NCBI GenBank assembly: GCA_041736175.1
Contig: JBGSUI010000175.1
Location: 1 to 12,230 of the forward strand
DNA length: 12,230 nt
Reading direction: 5' to 3'
Source: Oligoflexales bacterium
GTDB lineage: Bacteria > Bdellovibrionota_B > Oligoflexia > Oligoflexales > CAIYRB01
The notes under the pieces were generated by a model that saw only the letters and a list, made by a program, of their open reading frames with translations, ran no database searches and was not told where the DNA came from. A program made the position numbers and the translations under genes. Below are positions 1-8,111 of the stretch, piece after piece. Position 1 is the stretch's first letter. Each line of letters begins with the position of its first letter.

Positions 1-138
1 ATCAATTGGGCCTCAAAAATCAGCATCAAATGAATTCCAAAATGAAGACTTTCCCGCTAAAAAAAGCCCTTATGCAGAGCGTTAATCATTCGAGGCTCCA
101 AAACTTGGTTATAGCATGAGGGCCTTTTTGGACACCCC
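1..138. mobile_element. Possible terminus of a second IS inserted in the 3' end of tnpC
   Basis: TnpC similarity stops at the junction. The flanking CCTTTTTGGACACCCC (123-138) resembles IS1182-like termini as I recall them. No transposase for it lies in the window. Confidence 0.4.
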
Positions 139-1744
139 AGTCCTTGGGAGCAAGGAGGACTTTAGACCTATTTTCTTGCAGTGCAGTCAGGTATTCAAAA
201 CTATTGACCCCGTTTTGATTGCAGGTCTGGATGATGCTTTGGATCACATCACCAGTTTCTGCACCGTTTTCCGTCTTATAAAATAGGGAATTCTTGCGGT
301 AACAAGCCAAAGGCTTATTTGCTCGCTCATTTTCATCATTGCTTAGGGGGGCGCCGGGAATTCTTAAAAACTCGGTCATTTTAGTCCAGCGCTTTTCACA
401 GTAGATAATGTGCTTGCCCAGCTTGCTATTGGGCTCAGTATGCTTGTCGGCTAGCTGCGCTCGCATCCACCCAGCAATAGCTTTTACGGCACCGGCGCTT
501 TCTTTTTGGTGGAGTTTCAAGCGCTCATCAGGCGTTAGCCCCTTTTCTTTCGCTGCAGCATCGACCGCATAGATTTTAGCAAACAAGTCGATGACATATT
601 CTAGAGACTTTTGCCCGGCATTATAGAGCTCGAAGAATCCTCGTCGGCCATGAGTAAGGCAGTTGAGTTCAACCGTTTCATGGTGACCAGGTTTGTTGCC
701 GTTGAGGCCATCGCACATTTGCATAGGTGGCGCCATGTCTTCGGGGCGTTCGTCTAAGATGCGTTTCAGGTTTTCACCCGCATTACCAATTCCAGTGAAA
801 TATAAGACAATGGTCTTGTCATCGGTTTTGGCAACTATTGTTGTTGTCCGTGTTGCGGCTCGCGGCTTCTTGCCGCCTTTTTTTCCTTTAACTTTGGGCT
901 TTTGGCTTTCGGCTTCAGATTTTTGCTTTAAAACCTTGATGACATCAAGCACCTTCATTTTGGTGTCATCGTTCATGACAAGGTCACTTGCAGCCGCTAC
1001 CCGAATCATTTCTTCGTAGATGCCCACAGTTGATGCCTTAACCTGGGTAATCATACGCCATTGAGTTCCTTCTGGGAGTGCAAGTCCATGACGGCTTTGA
1101 ATTTTGGCCAAGCGGTAGCCGGGGACGCCATACTCATAACGAAGACTCGCCACCATAGCGTTGGCCCGCGCATTGGTATCGCAACGGGCTACTTTGCAAT
1201 CGTCGCCAGCATCGTCCACAGTTTTACTTGCAGCTCCCTCAGGAGTTTTAGCCGTAAAACTTGTCTTGCAGATAGCGCACAGCAAGCGCTGCAGCAGATA
1301 GATGCTGAGACTAAGGGGTGACTGTCCATGCCACTCGTAGGCAACAGCTGGTTCTACCTCTGTGAGTTTACTCTCTTGGCAACTTGGGCAAAGATCGCCT
1401 ACTTTGAGGGTCTCATGGCTGCAGGCGATCTTTCTGGCACCAGGATAGTCATCTCGTCCATTGCGACCAGCCTTCGGAGATGCTGTATTGCCAGATTTAG
1501 GGTTTTTACCGATTTTATCCCGGGCTGTACCACTTTTGAGTTCGGTCTTAAGTCCAAATATCTTCCGTAACAGCGCCATGAGGCCAAGACGCCGCGTAGC
1601 CAGCAGAGTTTGCAGTGTGACCAAAAACTTTAAAATCCGTAGCAGCAAATCAAAATCGCCCTCTTCAAGGCGACGTGACTTAAGCCTTGCTTCGATACTC
1701 GCAAGCTCCTCCGGATTAAGTTGGATGTGGTCTTTGTCCTTCAT
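86..1744 (-). CDS. tnpC: IS66-family DDE transposase TnpC, extreme C-terminus probably replaced by unrelated sequence
   Basis: N-terminal leucine-rich segment (LLRKIFGLKTE), Zn-finger Cys pairs (CPSC...CAIC), and IS66-typical motifs NDDT, MCDG, CLTHGRRGF, PLSNDENERANKP...RKNSLF, QTCNQNGVNSFEYL. After PKDW, the LPW-type ending usual in IS66 TnpC is missing. Confidence 0.93.
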   Translation of the reverse strand: MKDKDHIQLNPEELASIEARLKSRRLEEGDFDLLLRILKFLVTLQTLLATRRLGLMALLRKIFGLKTELKSGTARDKIGKNPKSGNTASPKAGRNGRDDYPGARKIACSHETLKVGDLCPSCQESKLTEVEPAVAYEWHGQSPLSLSIYLLQRLLCAICKTSFTAKTPEGAASKTVDDAGDDCKVARCDTNARANAMVASLRYEYGVPGYRLAKIQSRHGLALPEGTQWRMITQVKASTVGIYEEMIRVAAASDLVMNDDTKMKVLDVIKVLKQKSEAESQKPKVKGKKGGKKPRAATRTTTIVAKTDDKTIVLYFTGIGNAGENLKRILDERPEDMAPPMQMCDGLNGNKPGHHETVELNCLTHGRRGFFELYNAGQKSLEYVIDLFAKIYAVDAAAKEKGLTPDERLKLHQKESAGAVKAIAGWMRAQLADKHTEPNSKLGKHIIYCEKRWTKMTEFLRIPGAPLSNDENERANKPLACYRKNSLFYKTENGAETGDVIQSIIQTCNQNGVNSFEYLTALQENRSKVLLAPKDWGVQKGPHAITKFWSLE

Positions 1745-2096
1745 CAGTCACTGTCTTTATGCGTCGCCATGGGGCTGATATAAAACCTCTCGGGTCGTCA
1801 CCTCTTAGAACGATAAGTAGGCTTTCTGCACTCAGTTTGGCTTCGCCACTATGTTGAGGCCACCATTTCATTCGCCCTTGGGATAGACGCTTTTGCATCA
1901 ACCAATAACCAGTGCCATCGAAGGCCAATAGCTTAATGCTGGTCGCACTTTGGTTACGGAATACGAATACACAGCCATCTTTCGGATCAAGGCCAGAAAA
2001 TTGCTCAGATAGTATCGACAACTTATCAATGCCACAACGAAAATCGATCGGGTCAAGACCAATAAAAAGTGGCGTATGGGGAGTGAGTTGAATCAT
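1716..2096 (-). CDS. tnpB: IS66 accessory protein TnpB (Orf2), 126 aa; start reassigned to ATG at 2096
   Basis: MIQL...PIDFRCGIDKL...VFVFRN...IKLLAFDGTGYWLMQKRLSQGRMKWWP is the IS66 TnpB signature. The ATG sits immediately after the tnpA stop and the ORF overlaps the tnpC start. Confidence 0.95.
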   Translation of the reverse strand: MIQLTPHTPLFIGLDPIDFRCGIDKLSILSEQFSGLDPKDGCVFVFRNQSATSIKLLAFDGTGYWLMQKRLSQGRMKWWPQHSGEAKLSAESLLIVLRGDDPRGFISAPWRRIKTVTDEGQRPHPT

Positions 2097-2097
2097 G

Positions 2098-2517
2098 CTA
2101 TGCCTCGGCTTTCTGAAGAAACTGGGTAAGCACCACAGCAAGGGTTTCGATTGTGATTGATTGAAGAAAAAGTCGATGACCATCGGATCTTGAAATTTCA
2201 AGAGCCGCACTCTCCTTGGTGGCCACGCCAGAAAAAACTACTGGGGCAATGCGTACAGCAGATGGTGTTTGTATCTTAAGCTGGGATCTTTGCACTCGAA
2301 CAGACTTTTTCAAACCCAACTTTTTATTCAAGCTGCCCAAATCAAGGCCCAAAAACCTTGCTATTGGAGCTGCGGGCAATTGGTCTGCTAAGGCTATGAC
2401 TTCATCCCACAACGCTTGGGGAATTGGGCTACGCGGGGCAGCACGGTCACGGCGAAATTCCGCAAATTTTTTGATGAGAGGTGCGAGTTGGGATTGCTGA
2501 TCGAGCGTGAGTTTCAT
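2098..2517 (-). CDS. tnpA: IS66 TnpA (Orf1), HTH protein
   Basis: SD GAGGAGG upstream. N-terminal HTH-like IPQALWDEVIALA...IARFLGLDLGSL and C-terminal ALEISRSDGHRL. First gene of the tnpABC trio. Confidence 0.85.
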   Translation of the reverse strand: MKLTLDQQSQLAPLIKKFAEFRRDRAAPRSPIPQALWDEVIALADQLPAAPIARFLGLDLGSLNKKLGLKKSVRVQRSQLKIQTPSAVRIAPVVFSGVATKESAALEISRSDGHRLFLQSITIETLAVVLTQFLQKAEA

Positions 2518-2600
2518 GAGATATCCTCCTCTTGGTTACCAGAGGATTTCAACACGGGGCATATCTCAAGTCACGAATCGCTGCGGTGGGGACACGTTAA

Positions 2601-4029
2601 ATCTGGTCTTTTTGGCGGCATTGAAATTAGAACGCAGGGACAGGTCATTTCTGGATTCGGCGAGATCACCGAGCCTAACACTATAATACCAATCGTTTTT
2701 TCGACAAACGGCATCGATATCGCACAAAGCATTCCCTTGGACGACGTTAGTGACTCATGGGTCGTCGTGAGCACCCGTTTCTCCTGGATTCAGCTTCTCG
2801 CGGTGTTGGCCATTCTGATGGGGGCCCTCGCCCTGATAATATTTGGCTCCGTATGGGTCTCATCACGTCTAGCCCATGAACTGGCGATGCCGCTTACGGA
2901 GCTGGCACGGTCGATTTCCCTGGCTAAAGGCGACAACCATCAACCCACACCCATTGGAGGGCACTTTGCCGAGGTTGATGAGGTTTGGACCAGGCACCTT
3001 GCCGTCATATCCCATCTACGCACCTTCCTAGAAAATGAGGCCGAGACCAAAAAGGATATCGCCGTCGCCCGCACCGCCGAAAATCTGGCCCATGATATCA
3101 AAAATCCATTAATAGCCTTCGACTTCGCCATAAGGGCCAGAAATTGGGAAGAATTCAACAGTTTTCGTGGCCAGATGACGAGGTCTTTGACCACAATTCG
3201 GACGATTTTGGCAGGTTTCGGGAAGAGTGCCGAACGACACATGATCAAGCCGGCACTCACACATCTTGATCTGGCGACGCTTGTCGATGACCTAGGCCGA
3301 ACGAGTAATGCGAATCATATAGCCGTGACCCTGCTCGGTAAACCGAACTTCCAAGCTTTTGTGGATGGCATCGCCATAGAGAGGGCCATCGGTAACCTTG
3401 TAAAAAATGCCGCTGAGGCGGGGGCCGAGCGCGTAGAGATTTCATCTATTGACAATGGTTCAAACCTGATTATCAAGGTATCCGACGACGGCCCCGGGGT
3501 CCCCACAGCGATAATCGATAAGCTTTTTAAGCGCGGGACAACCCATGGGAAAGCTGACGGGTCGGGGATCGGTCTTCACAACGTGCGGGCGATTGCCGAA
3601 GGCCACGGAGGAAGTGTCGCATACAGCCGGGAGGCAAACTGGACCGTATTTACTATTTTTTTACCACATGCGGCTGCACCAAGGATGGACGCACAGAGCC
3701 AGGCGCCTATTGATCCCTCGGGAGTAGTCCCCATGGCCACGGTGGGCACCTCCACATTGGAAAAAACAGTGTATGTAGGCATTAAGGACGAGAAGCGTAA
3801 AGCTGAATTATCGGTAGTCTTGGCTAATTTTGGTTTCACCTTGTCGACAACAAATATGGCCTCTATCGCTTTACTCTCTGAAGATGACGACGACCTGGAC
3901 TCTTATCAAGCTAAAAGCATCCGCGTCATCCTTGACGACCCTGAAAACAACCCGGAGAGAGCGGCTCAACTGGTATCTAAAATGTTCGAATCCATCAAGC
4001 GAGCTAACATAGGGGATAAACCAATATGA
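2601..4029 (+). pseudogene. Membrane sensor histidine kinase, 5'-truncated by IS66
   Basis: One TM helix (WIQLLAVLAILMGALALIIFGSVWV), HAMP-like linker, H box AHDIKNPL, N box AIGNLVKNAAEA, G1 DDGPG, F box LFKRG, G2 GSGIGL. The ORF-track start at 2416 lies inside the IS, antisense to tnpA. Confidence 0.85.
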
Positions 4030-5516
4030 CTAATCGATCTAAATTTCCGCGCTCCATCCTTATCATCGAAGATGACGCCGATCAGCTCGAACACTATTTA
4101 GCTATGGCGCGAAACGCCGGGTTCACAACCCGCGGAGCGATCACGCTAAAAGGGGCGTTGGAGGCATTGACCAGTCAGAGTTTTCAGTACGTCCTCACCG
4201 ACATCCATCTCAATGGACCCGGCCGTCAGGATACCTTTGAGGGTTTACAGATCCTTGAAACCATCAAGCAAAATTATCCGGAGACGATTCCACTCGCGAT
4301 GACCTCCGACCCTAAAATTGCCAGTTACGACAAAATCATGGCAGCCGGCGCCCTGCATCTGTTCCGAAAGCCGATATTGACCGGCGATGAGCTGATGATT
4401 AACCTGGACCTAGCCACCAAGAGCCGAAGGTCCGGTCTCGCCGCCAAACCAAAGGGGGTGTCTCGTTCCCTCCCACCAGGCCTCCTGCGGCGGTGTCCGG
4501 ACGGCATCGTGTTGCCTCAGACGATCCGGGATAGGGTTCGGCGTGCGGCCCTTAACTCCTCGCTCCCCATCGTGATTCAGGGGGAAACCGGGACGGGTAA
4601 GGAGGAAATAGCTAAAATGATTCACAGATGCAGGTCCGAGGTGGAAAGGTCCGTGCCATTCGTTCCAGTAAACTGCGCCAACTTGACCGGTGAGATGGCC
4701 GTCTCGGCTCTGTTCGGACATCGCAAAGGAGCTTTCACCGGGGCAGACAGAAACACCAACGGTTTCATCGGGGACGCAGACGGGGGTTTTCTGTTCCTGG
4801 ACGAAATCCAAACATTGACCATGGACTGTCAGCAGAGGCTGCTACGGGTTCTTAACGACGGCACTTTCAACCGTCTTGGTGATACAAAAACCCTGCGTTC
4901 TGAGTTCCGGGTCATCGTGGCCAGTACAAAGGACCTGGACGATCAGGTCGAAAAGGGTGCCTTTATGTTAGACCTTTCGACGCGGCTCACTGGCTTCAGC
5001 ATAAAGCTGTCGCCGCTGAGGGAGCGGAAAGAGGACCTTCCTCTACTTGTAGAACTAGCCCTCGCAAAAGCCGGGGCCCAGGTGCCACCTGAGACACTGG
5101 CGGCCCTGACGGAGCGTTGCACCCAATACTTTTGGCAGGGCAACATGAGGCAGCTCTTCCAAGTCATTAACGTCCTTGTCACGGAAGCTCGGGGCGAAGA
5201 AACCGAAATACGTGCGGAGAACCTACCCGAATTCAAGACTATGTTTGCCCCTGGTCAGGCTCCAAGACCAGTCGTTATTCCTTCAAAGATGGGACCTCAG
5301 ACACCGGCGTCCGCGAGCGCCGAGGAGGCACTTCGCGCTGCACTGGCCCAGGACTGTCATTTGGACACCACCGTCGGAATCATTGAAAAGGCGATTATCC
5401 AGGAAACATTCAAGAGGCATCCATCCATTAGGGCGGCGTCGACCGCGCTGGGAATAGCCAGAAGTACCCTAACGGAGAAGCGGTTGAAGTATTTCGGGGA
5501 AAGCGAAGAGCATTGA
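4026..5516 (+). CDS. NtrC-family sigma54-dependent response regulator (REC-AAA+-Fis HTH)
   Basis: REC motifs ILIIEDD, VLTDIHL, FRKP. Walker A GETGTGKE, GAFTGA loop, Walker B FLDEI, WQGNMRQL, and C-terminal HTH RAASTALGIARSTL. ATGA overlap with the kinase stop. Confidence 0.96.
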   Translation: MTNRSKFPRSILIIEDDADQLEHYLAMARNAGFTTRGAITLKGALEALTSQSFQYVLTDIHLNGPGRQDTFEGLQILETIKQNYPETIPLAMTSDPKIASYDKIMAAGALHLFRKPILTGDELMINLDLATKSRRSGLAAKPKGVSRSLPPGLLRRCPDGIVLPQTIRDRVRRAALNSSLPIVIQGETGTGKEEIAKMIHRCRSEVERSVPFVPVNCANLTGEMAVSALFGHRKGAFTGADRNTNGFIGDADGGFLFLDEIQTLTMDCQQRLLRVLNDGTFNRLGDTKTLRSEFRVIVASTKDLDDQVEKGAFMLDLSTRLTGFSIKLSPLRERKEDLPLLVELALAKAGAQVPPETLAALTERCTQYFWQGNMRQLFQVINVLVTEARGEETEIRAENLPEFKTMFAPGQAPRPVVIPSKMGPQTPASASAEEALRAALAQDCHLDTTVGIIEKAIIQETFKRHPSIRAASTALGIARSTLTEKRLKYFGESEEH

Positions 5517-5667
5517 CAAAACAAAACTATCCATTGTGACCGAATAAACGCGGCCAAGATGAGGTTGGCTGCTTCACGCGAAGCTAATTTTTTTGAAAAG
5601 TTGGTTTAACCTAATTCAAAATTATATGAATGATACATTTGATAATTTAATCCACAAACCAACAGAG

Positions 5668-7857
5668 TCAAATTTCGCCGGTGTCCTCGTAGTCAGTTCC
5701 ACCTTCGCCCTTACCGAGCCATGCTCTAAATGCCATACGTTCGCGCTCATGCTGCCTCCATTCTTCCTTGGTCGGTGCTACCACTGCCTCATTGTTTATC
5801 AACCAGTTTTCGGCGTATTCCCTTATTAAAAGTTCCCGATCGTTTGCAAGAGACTCATGAAACTCTATTGCAAGCCTCAAGCGAGTTGGTGGCCTTAAGC
5901 CCTCCATCTCCTTCTTTTTCTCCATTAGAATCCTCCTCAGGATCTCGACTTCCCTTAAAAGATTGGCGAGATACTCAGGAATGTCTTTGCTACCAGTCAG
6001 ACCTTTGGCGACTGCTCGGGAGAGTTTTCTAGCGCGGATCAATCGCCGGTGTTCAGCCTTAACTAATTCCAGCACAGCTATTTTCAAAGCTTGGCTGACC
6101 CACTGGTTTGTCGGTCGCCCTATTAAAATTCTACAGATCTTCCGGGCGATTTTTTTCCTTAATTCCTCCTTCGATATTTCTATTTCCTTTTTAATTTTGA
6201 CAACCTCGAAGTCTGTTAGGCCCTTTTGAAGTTGGCGAATTTCTAATTTATCCTTGCCAATCTGATCTTTTAGTTCGTTTAATTCGGTTGCCAAAATCTC
6301 ATAAGGATGCATTTTCAATTGATACTTCCGTATCTCCAATTCGCCATCATCGGTCAATTGCCGGAGCATCTCACGTCGGAGTTCTGCCGGGACGATTCCT
6401 AACACGCTGCGGTGATCATAGGTCCTACGCCCATTAGGTCTTGGTGGTCGTTTAATTAACGCCACAGCTAGGCGTACTTTTTTCAGCTGCCCCTCCAACT
6501 CGTGTATCCGATGCTGTAGAGGCAGGCCTGGACCAAGCTTGTTGACGATGTATTCAGCGGGTTCAGCGTTTTTATTCGCTTCTTCAAAAAGGCTTTCTAG
6601 TTCACCTGTTCTCTTTAAATTCAGGAATCTCTCTCGTGAAACTAGAGCGACAGTCTTCGTTTCTGGTAAATCACTTTCCCGCTTTTCACCTCCTCGGCAA
6701 TAAGCCTCAAAGCCAACAAATTTAGTGCCTAACTTTAATCGCCCCCATTCGTACTCAGAACTACTCGCTGAATTTTTGGCCCAGTGGGCAAAGGTGACGT
6801 TTAACCACTGGGCACTAGTACCGAAATGTTCTAGGGCCTCTTTAAAGCTAAATGATGAGGCTGTTTGGGTGCTTTTAGTAAAGGGTTTGGTGACTTCCGC
6901 TGCAATATACCTAGCCGCTAGTTCTGCGGTATCTCCGTATGTTGTTTCAAGGGTAGTTCCGCCTTTAACCACCGCAAAGCGAACCGCTCTTGCGCTGCCG
7001 TCCTCTCCATGGAATGTCTTAACTTTTTCGCCAAGCTCAGGCTTAAAAACCACTGGCCTCTCTTCAGCTTTTAGACTCATTACAAATGGATAACGTTCTG
7101 GATCTTTGTTCAAGACTGATTCGAGGGCTCTCGACCAAGCTGCATAAAGCTTTTGGCTTAAAGCTAAGTTCTGTGCCCCTTGACGATCTGAATAGCTTTC
7201 TATTGATTCGTTTTCGTGCCTGGTGAGTCTATGTTTCTTGCCTGAAGTAAAAACGATAGCGTGGATGTGATGATGATATGACAAGCGGGGCACTCTAGAC
7301 GCTTGGTCGATACCCGCGTCTGTTAACGACACTGGTCTCCCACAACCCACCGTTACTTCATTACGCCTCAATTGGCTGATCCACCCGATTTCAGCGGCTA
7401 TCTCGGCTTTATAAGTTTGGCTAAATGCCCGCCAAGTTGCTTTGAGAAGCGCATCACACTCTTTGAGGTACTTACGGGCATTGTCTCTAGCCTTTGAGCT
7501 TCCGATGAAGACACTTTTTTTATGAGCGAGAGTAAACGTGGCAAATAGGAAACCGTTACTTGGATCCATACTTTCCCACAAACGACAAGTCTCCGCCACT
7601 CGGTCTCTCAAGGCTAGTCCCGACCAAACTTGACACCTAGGACAACAACGCCGGTGACACCAACGCATCTGGAGCTTTACCTTATTTTCACTGGTTTGTG
7701 CGACCACAACTTGGGTGCCAAAGGGTAGTCCACATGTTTTGATTGCCCTTCCAGATTTCGCAAGAGTATCCTCCAGCGATCCAGAGGCTCGTAAAAGTAT
7801 ATCACCAGCAGCGACACATACCTTGTCTTGTAATCCCCATTTACTGGCACCCATCAT
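5668..7857 (-). CDS. rep: HUH rolling-circle replication initiator (Rep_1 / pC194-pIJ101-like) with long C-terminal helical extension
   Basis: Zn-binding cluster (KTCG...CHRRCCPRC, about 7633-7659), motif 1 FATFTLAH (about 7522-7545), RRNEVT, motif 2 YHHHIHAIVF (about 7249-7278), and motif 3 AARYIAAEVTK (Tyr codon 6907-6909), all in canonical order. Confidence 0.85.
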   Translation of the reverse strand: MMGASKWGLQDKVCVAAGDILLRASGSLEDTLAKSGRAIKTCGLPFGTQVVVAQTSENKVKLQMRWCHRRCCPRCQVWSGLALRDRVAETCRLWESMDPSNGFLFATFTLAHKKSVFIGSSKARDNARKYLKECDALLKATWRAFSQTYKAEIAAEIGWISQLRRNEVTVGCGRPVSLTDAGIDQASRVPRLSYHHHIHAIVFTSGKKHRLTRHENESIESYSDRQGAQNLALSQKLYAAWSRALESVLNKDPERYPFVMSLKAEERPVVFKPELGEKVKTFHGEDGSARAVRFAVVKGGTTLETTYGDTAELAARYIAAEVTKPFTKSTQTASSFSFKEALEHFGTSAQWLNVTFAHWAKNSASSSEYEWGRLKLGTKFVGFEAYCRGGEKRESDLPETKTVALVSRERFLNLKRTGELESLFEEANKNAEPAEYIVNKLGPGLPLQHRIHELEGQLKKVRLAVALIKRPPRPNGRRTYDHRSVLGIVPAELRREMLRQLTDDGELEIRKYQLKMHPYEILATELNELKDQIGKDKLEIRQLQKGLTDFEVVKIKKEIEISKEELRKKIARKICRILIGRPTNQWVSQALKIAVLELVKAEHRRLIRARKLSRAVAKGLTGSKDIPEYLANLLREVEILRRILMEKKKEMEGLRPPTRLRLAIEFHESLANDRELLIREYAENWLINNEAVVAPTKEEWRQHERERMAFRAWLGKGEGGTDYEDTGEI

Positions 7858-7894
7858 ACACCCCTAATCTAAACAAAAAGTTATGACCCGCGTG

Positions 7895-7964
7895 TGTTTC
7901 TATTTATGCCAAGGGGTGCGGCCTTCGGCCGCCCCTGGCTAAGCCCCCTTCGGGGGACTTAGCC
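7895..7964 (-). other. Candidate double-strand origin / nick region
   Basis: Two adjacent GC-rich hairpins (7908-7939 with core stem 7918-7932; 7937-7964), each with a C-GAA-G loop on the rep coding strand. They run into CCCCTTGGCATAAATAGAAAC, a CTTG-type sequence 40-60 nt upstream of the rep ATG. Confidence 0.6.
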
Positions 7965-8111
7965 GGGTAGCCTGGATTCCGTTTATAAAGCCTGACCACC
8001 CCCGGCATATACCCGACAGCTTATCGGACCTTGGCGACCAAATTTGACCCCTTTAAAAAGACTTTTAAATTCCGCTGTAAGCCAGGGTAGTTACCCATTT
8101 AAGGGAGTGGC

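Larger units (their letters stand above)
137..2600 (-). mobile_element. IS66-family insertion sequence; left end near 2600, right end not present in the window
   Basis: tnpA-tnpB-tnpC order. The minus strand from 2600 reads TTAACGTGTCCCCACCGC, resembling the GTAA-starting IS66 terminal IR with one change. No matching IR is seen downstream of tnpC. Confidence 0.85.

Noticed and set aside
1716..2096. 'TnpB' as an RNA-guided IS200/IS605 nuclease
   Set aside because: It is the unrelated 126-aa IS66 accessory protein, with no RuvC or Zn-ribbon motifs.
2903..2919. Sigma54 -24 element TGGCACG
   Set aside because: It lies inside the kinase CDS and lacks the -12 TTGC.
5648..5656. DnaA-box-like TAATCCACA
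   Set aside because: A single one-mismatch copy in AT-rich DNA is expected by chance.
5668..7857. IS91/ISCR transposase or Rep-helicase fusion
   Set aside because: No YxxxY Y2 motif and no Walker A/B in the extension. The motifs and context fit a plasmid-type Rep better.
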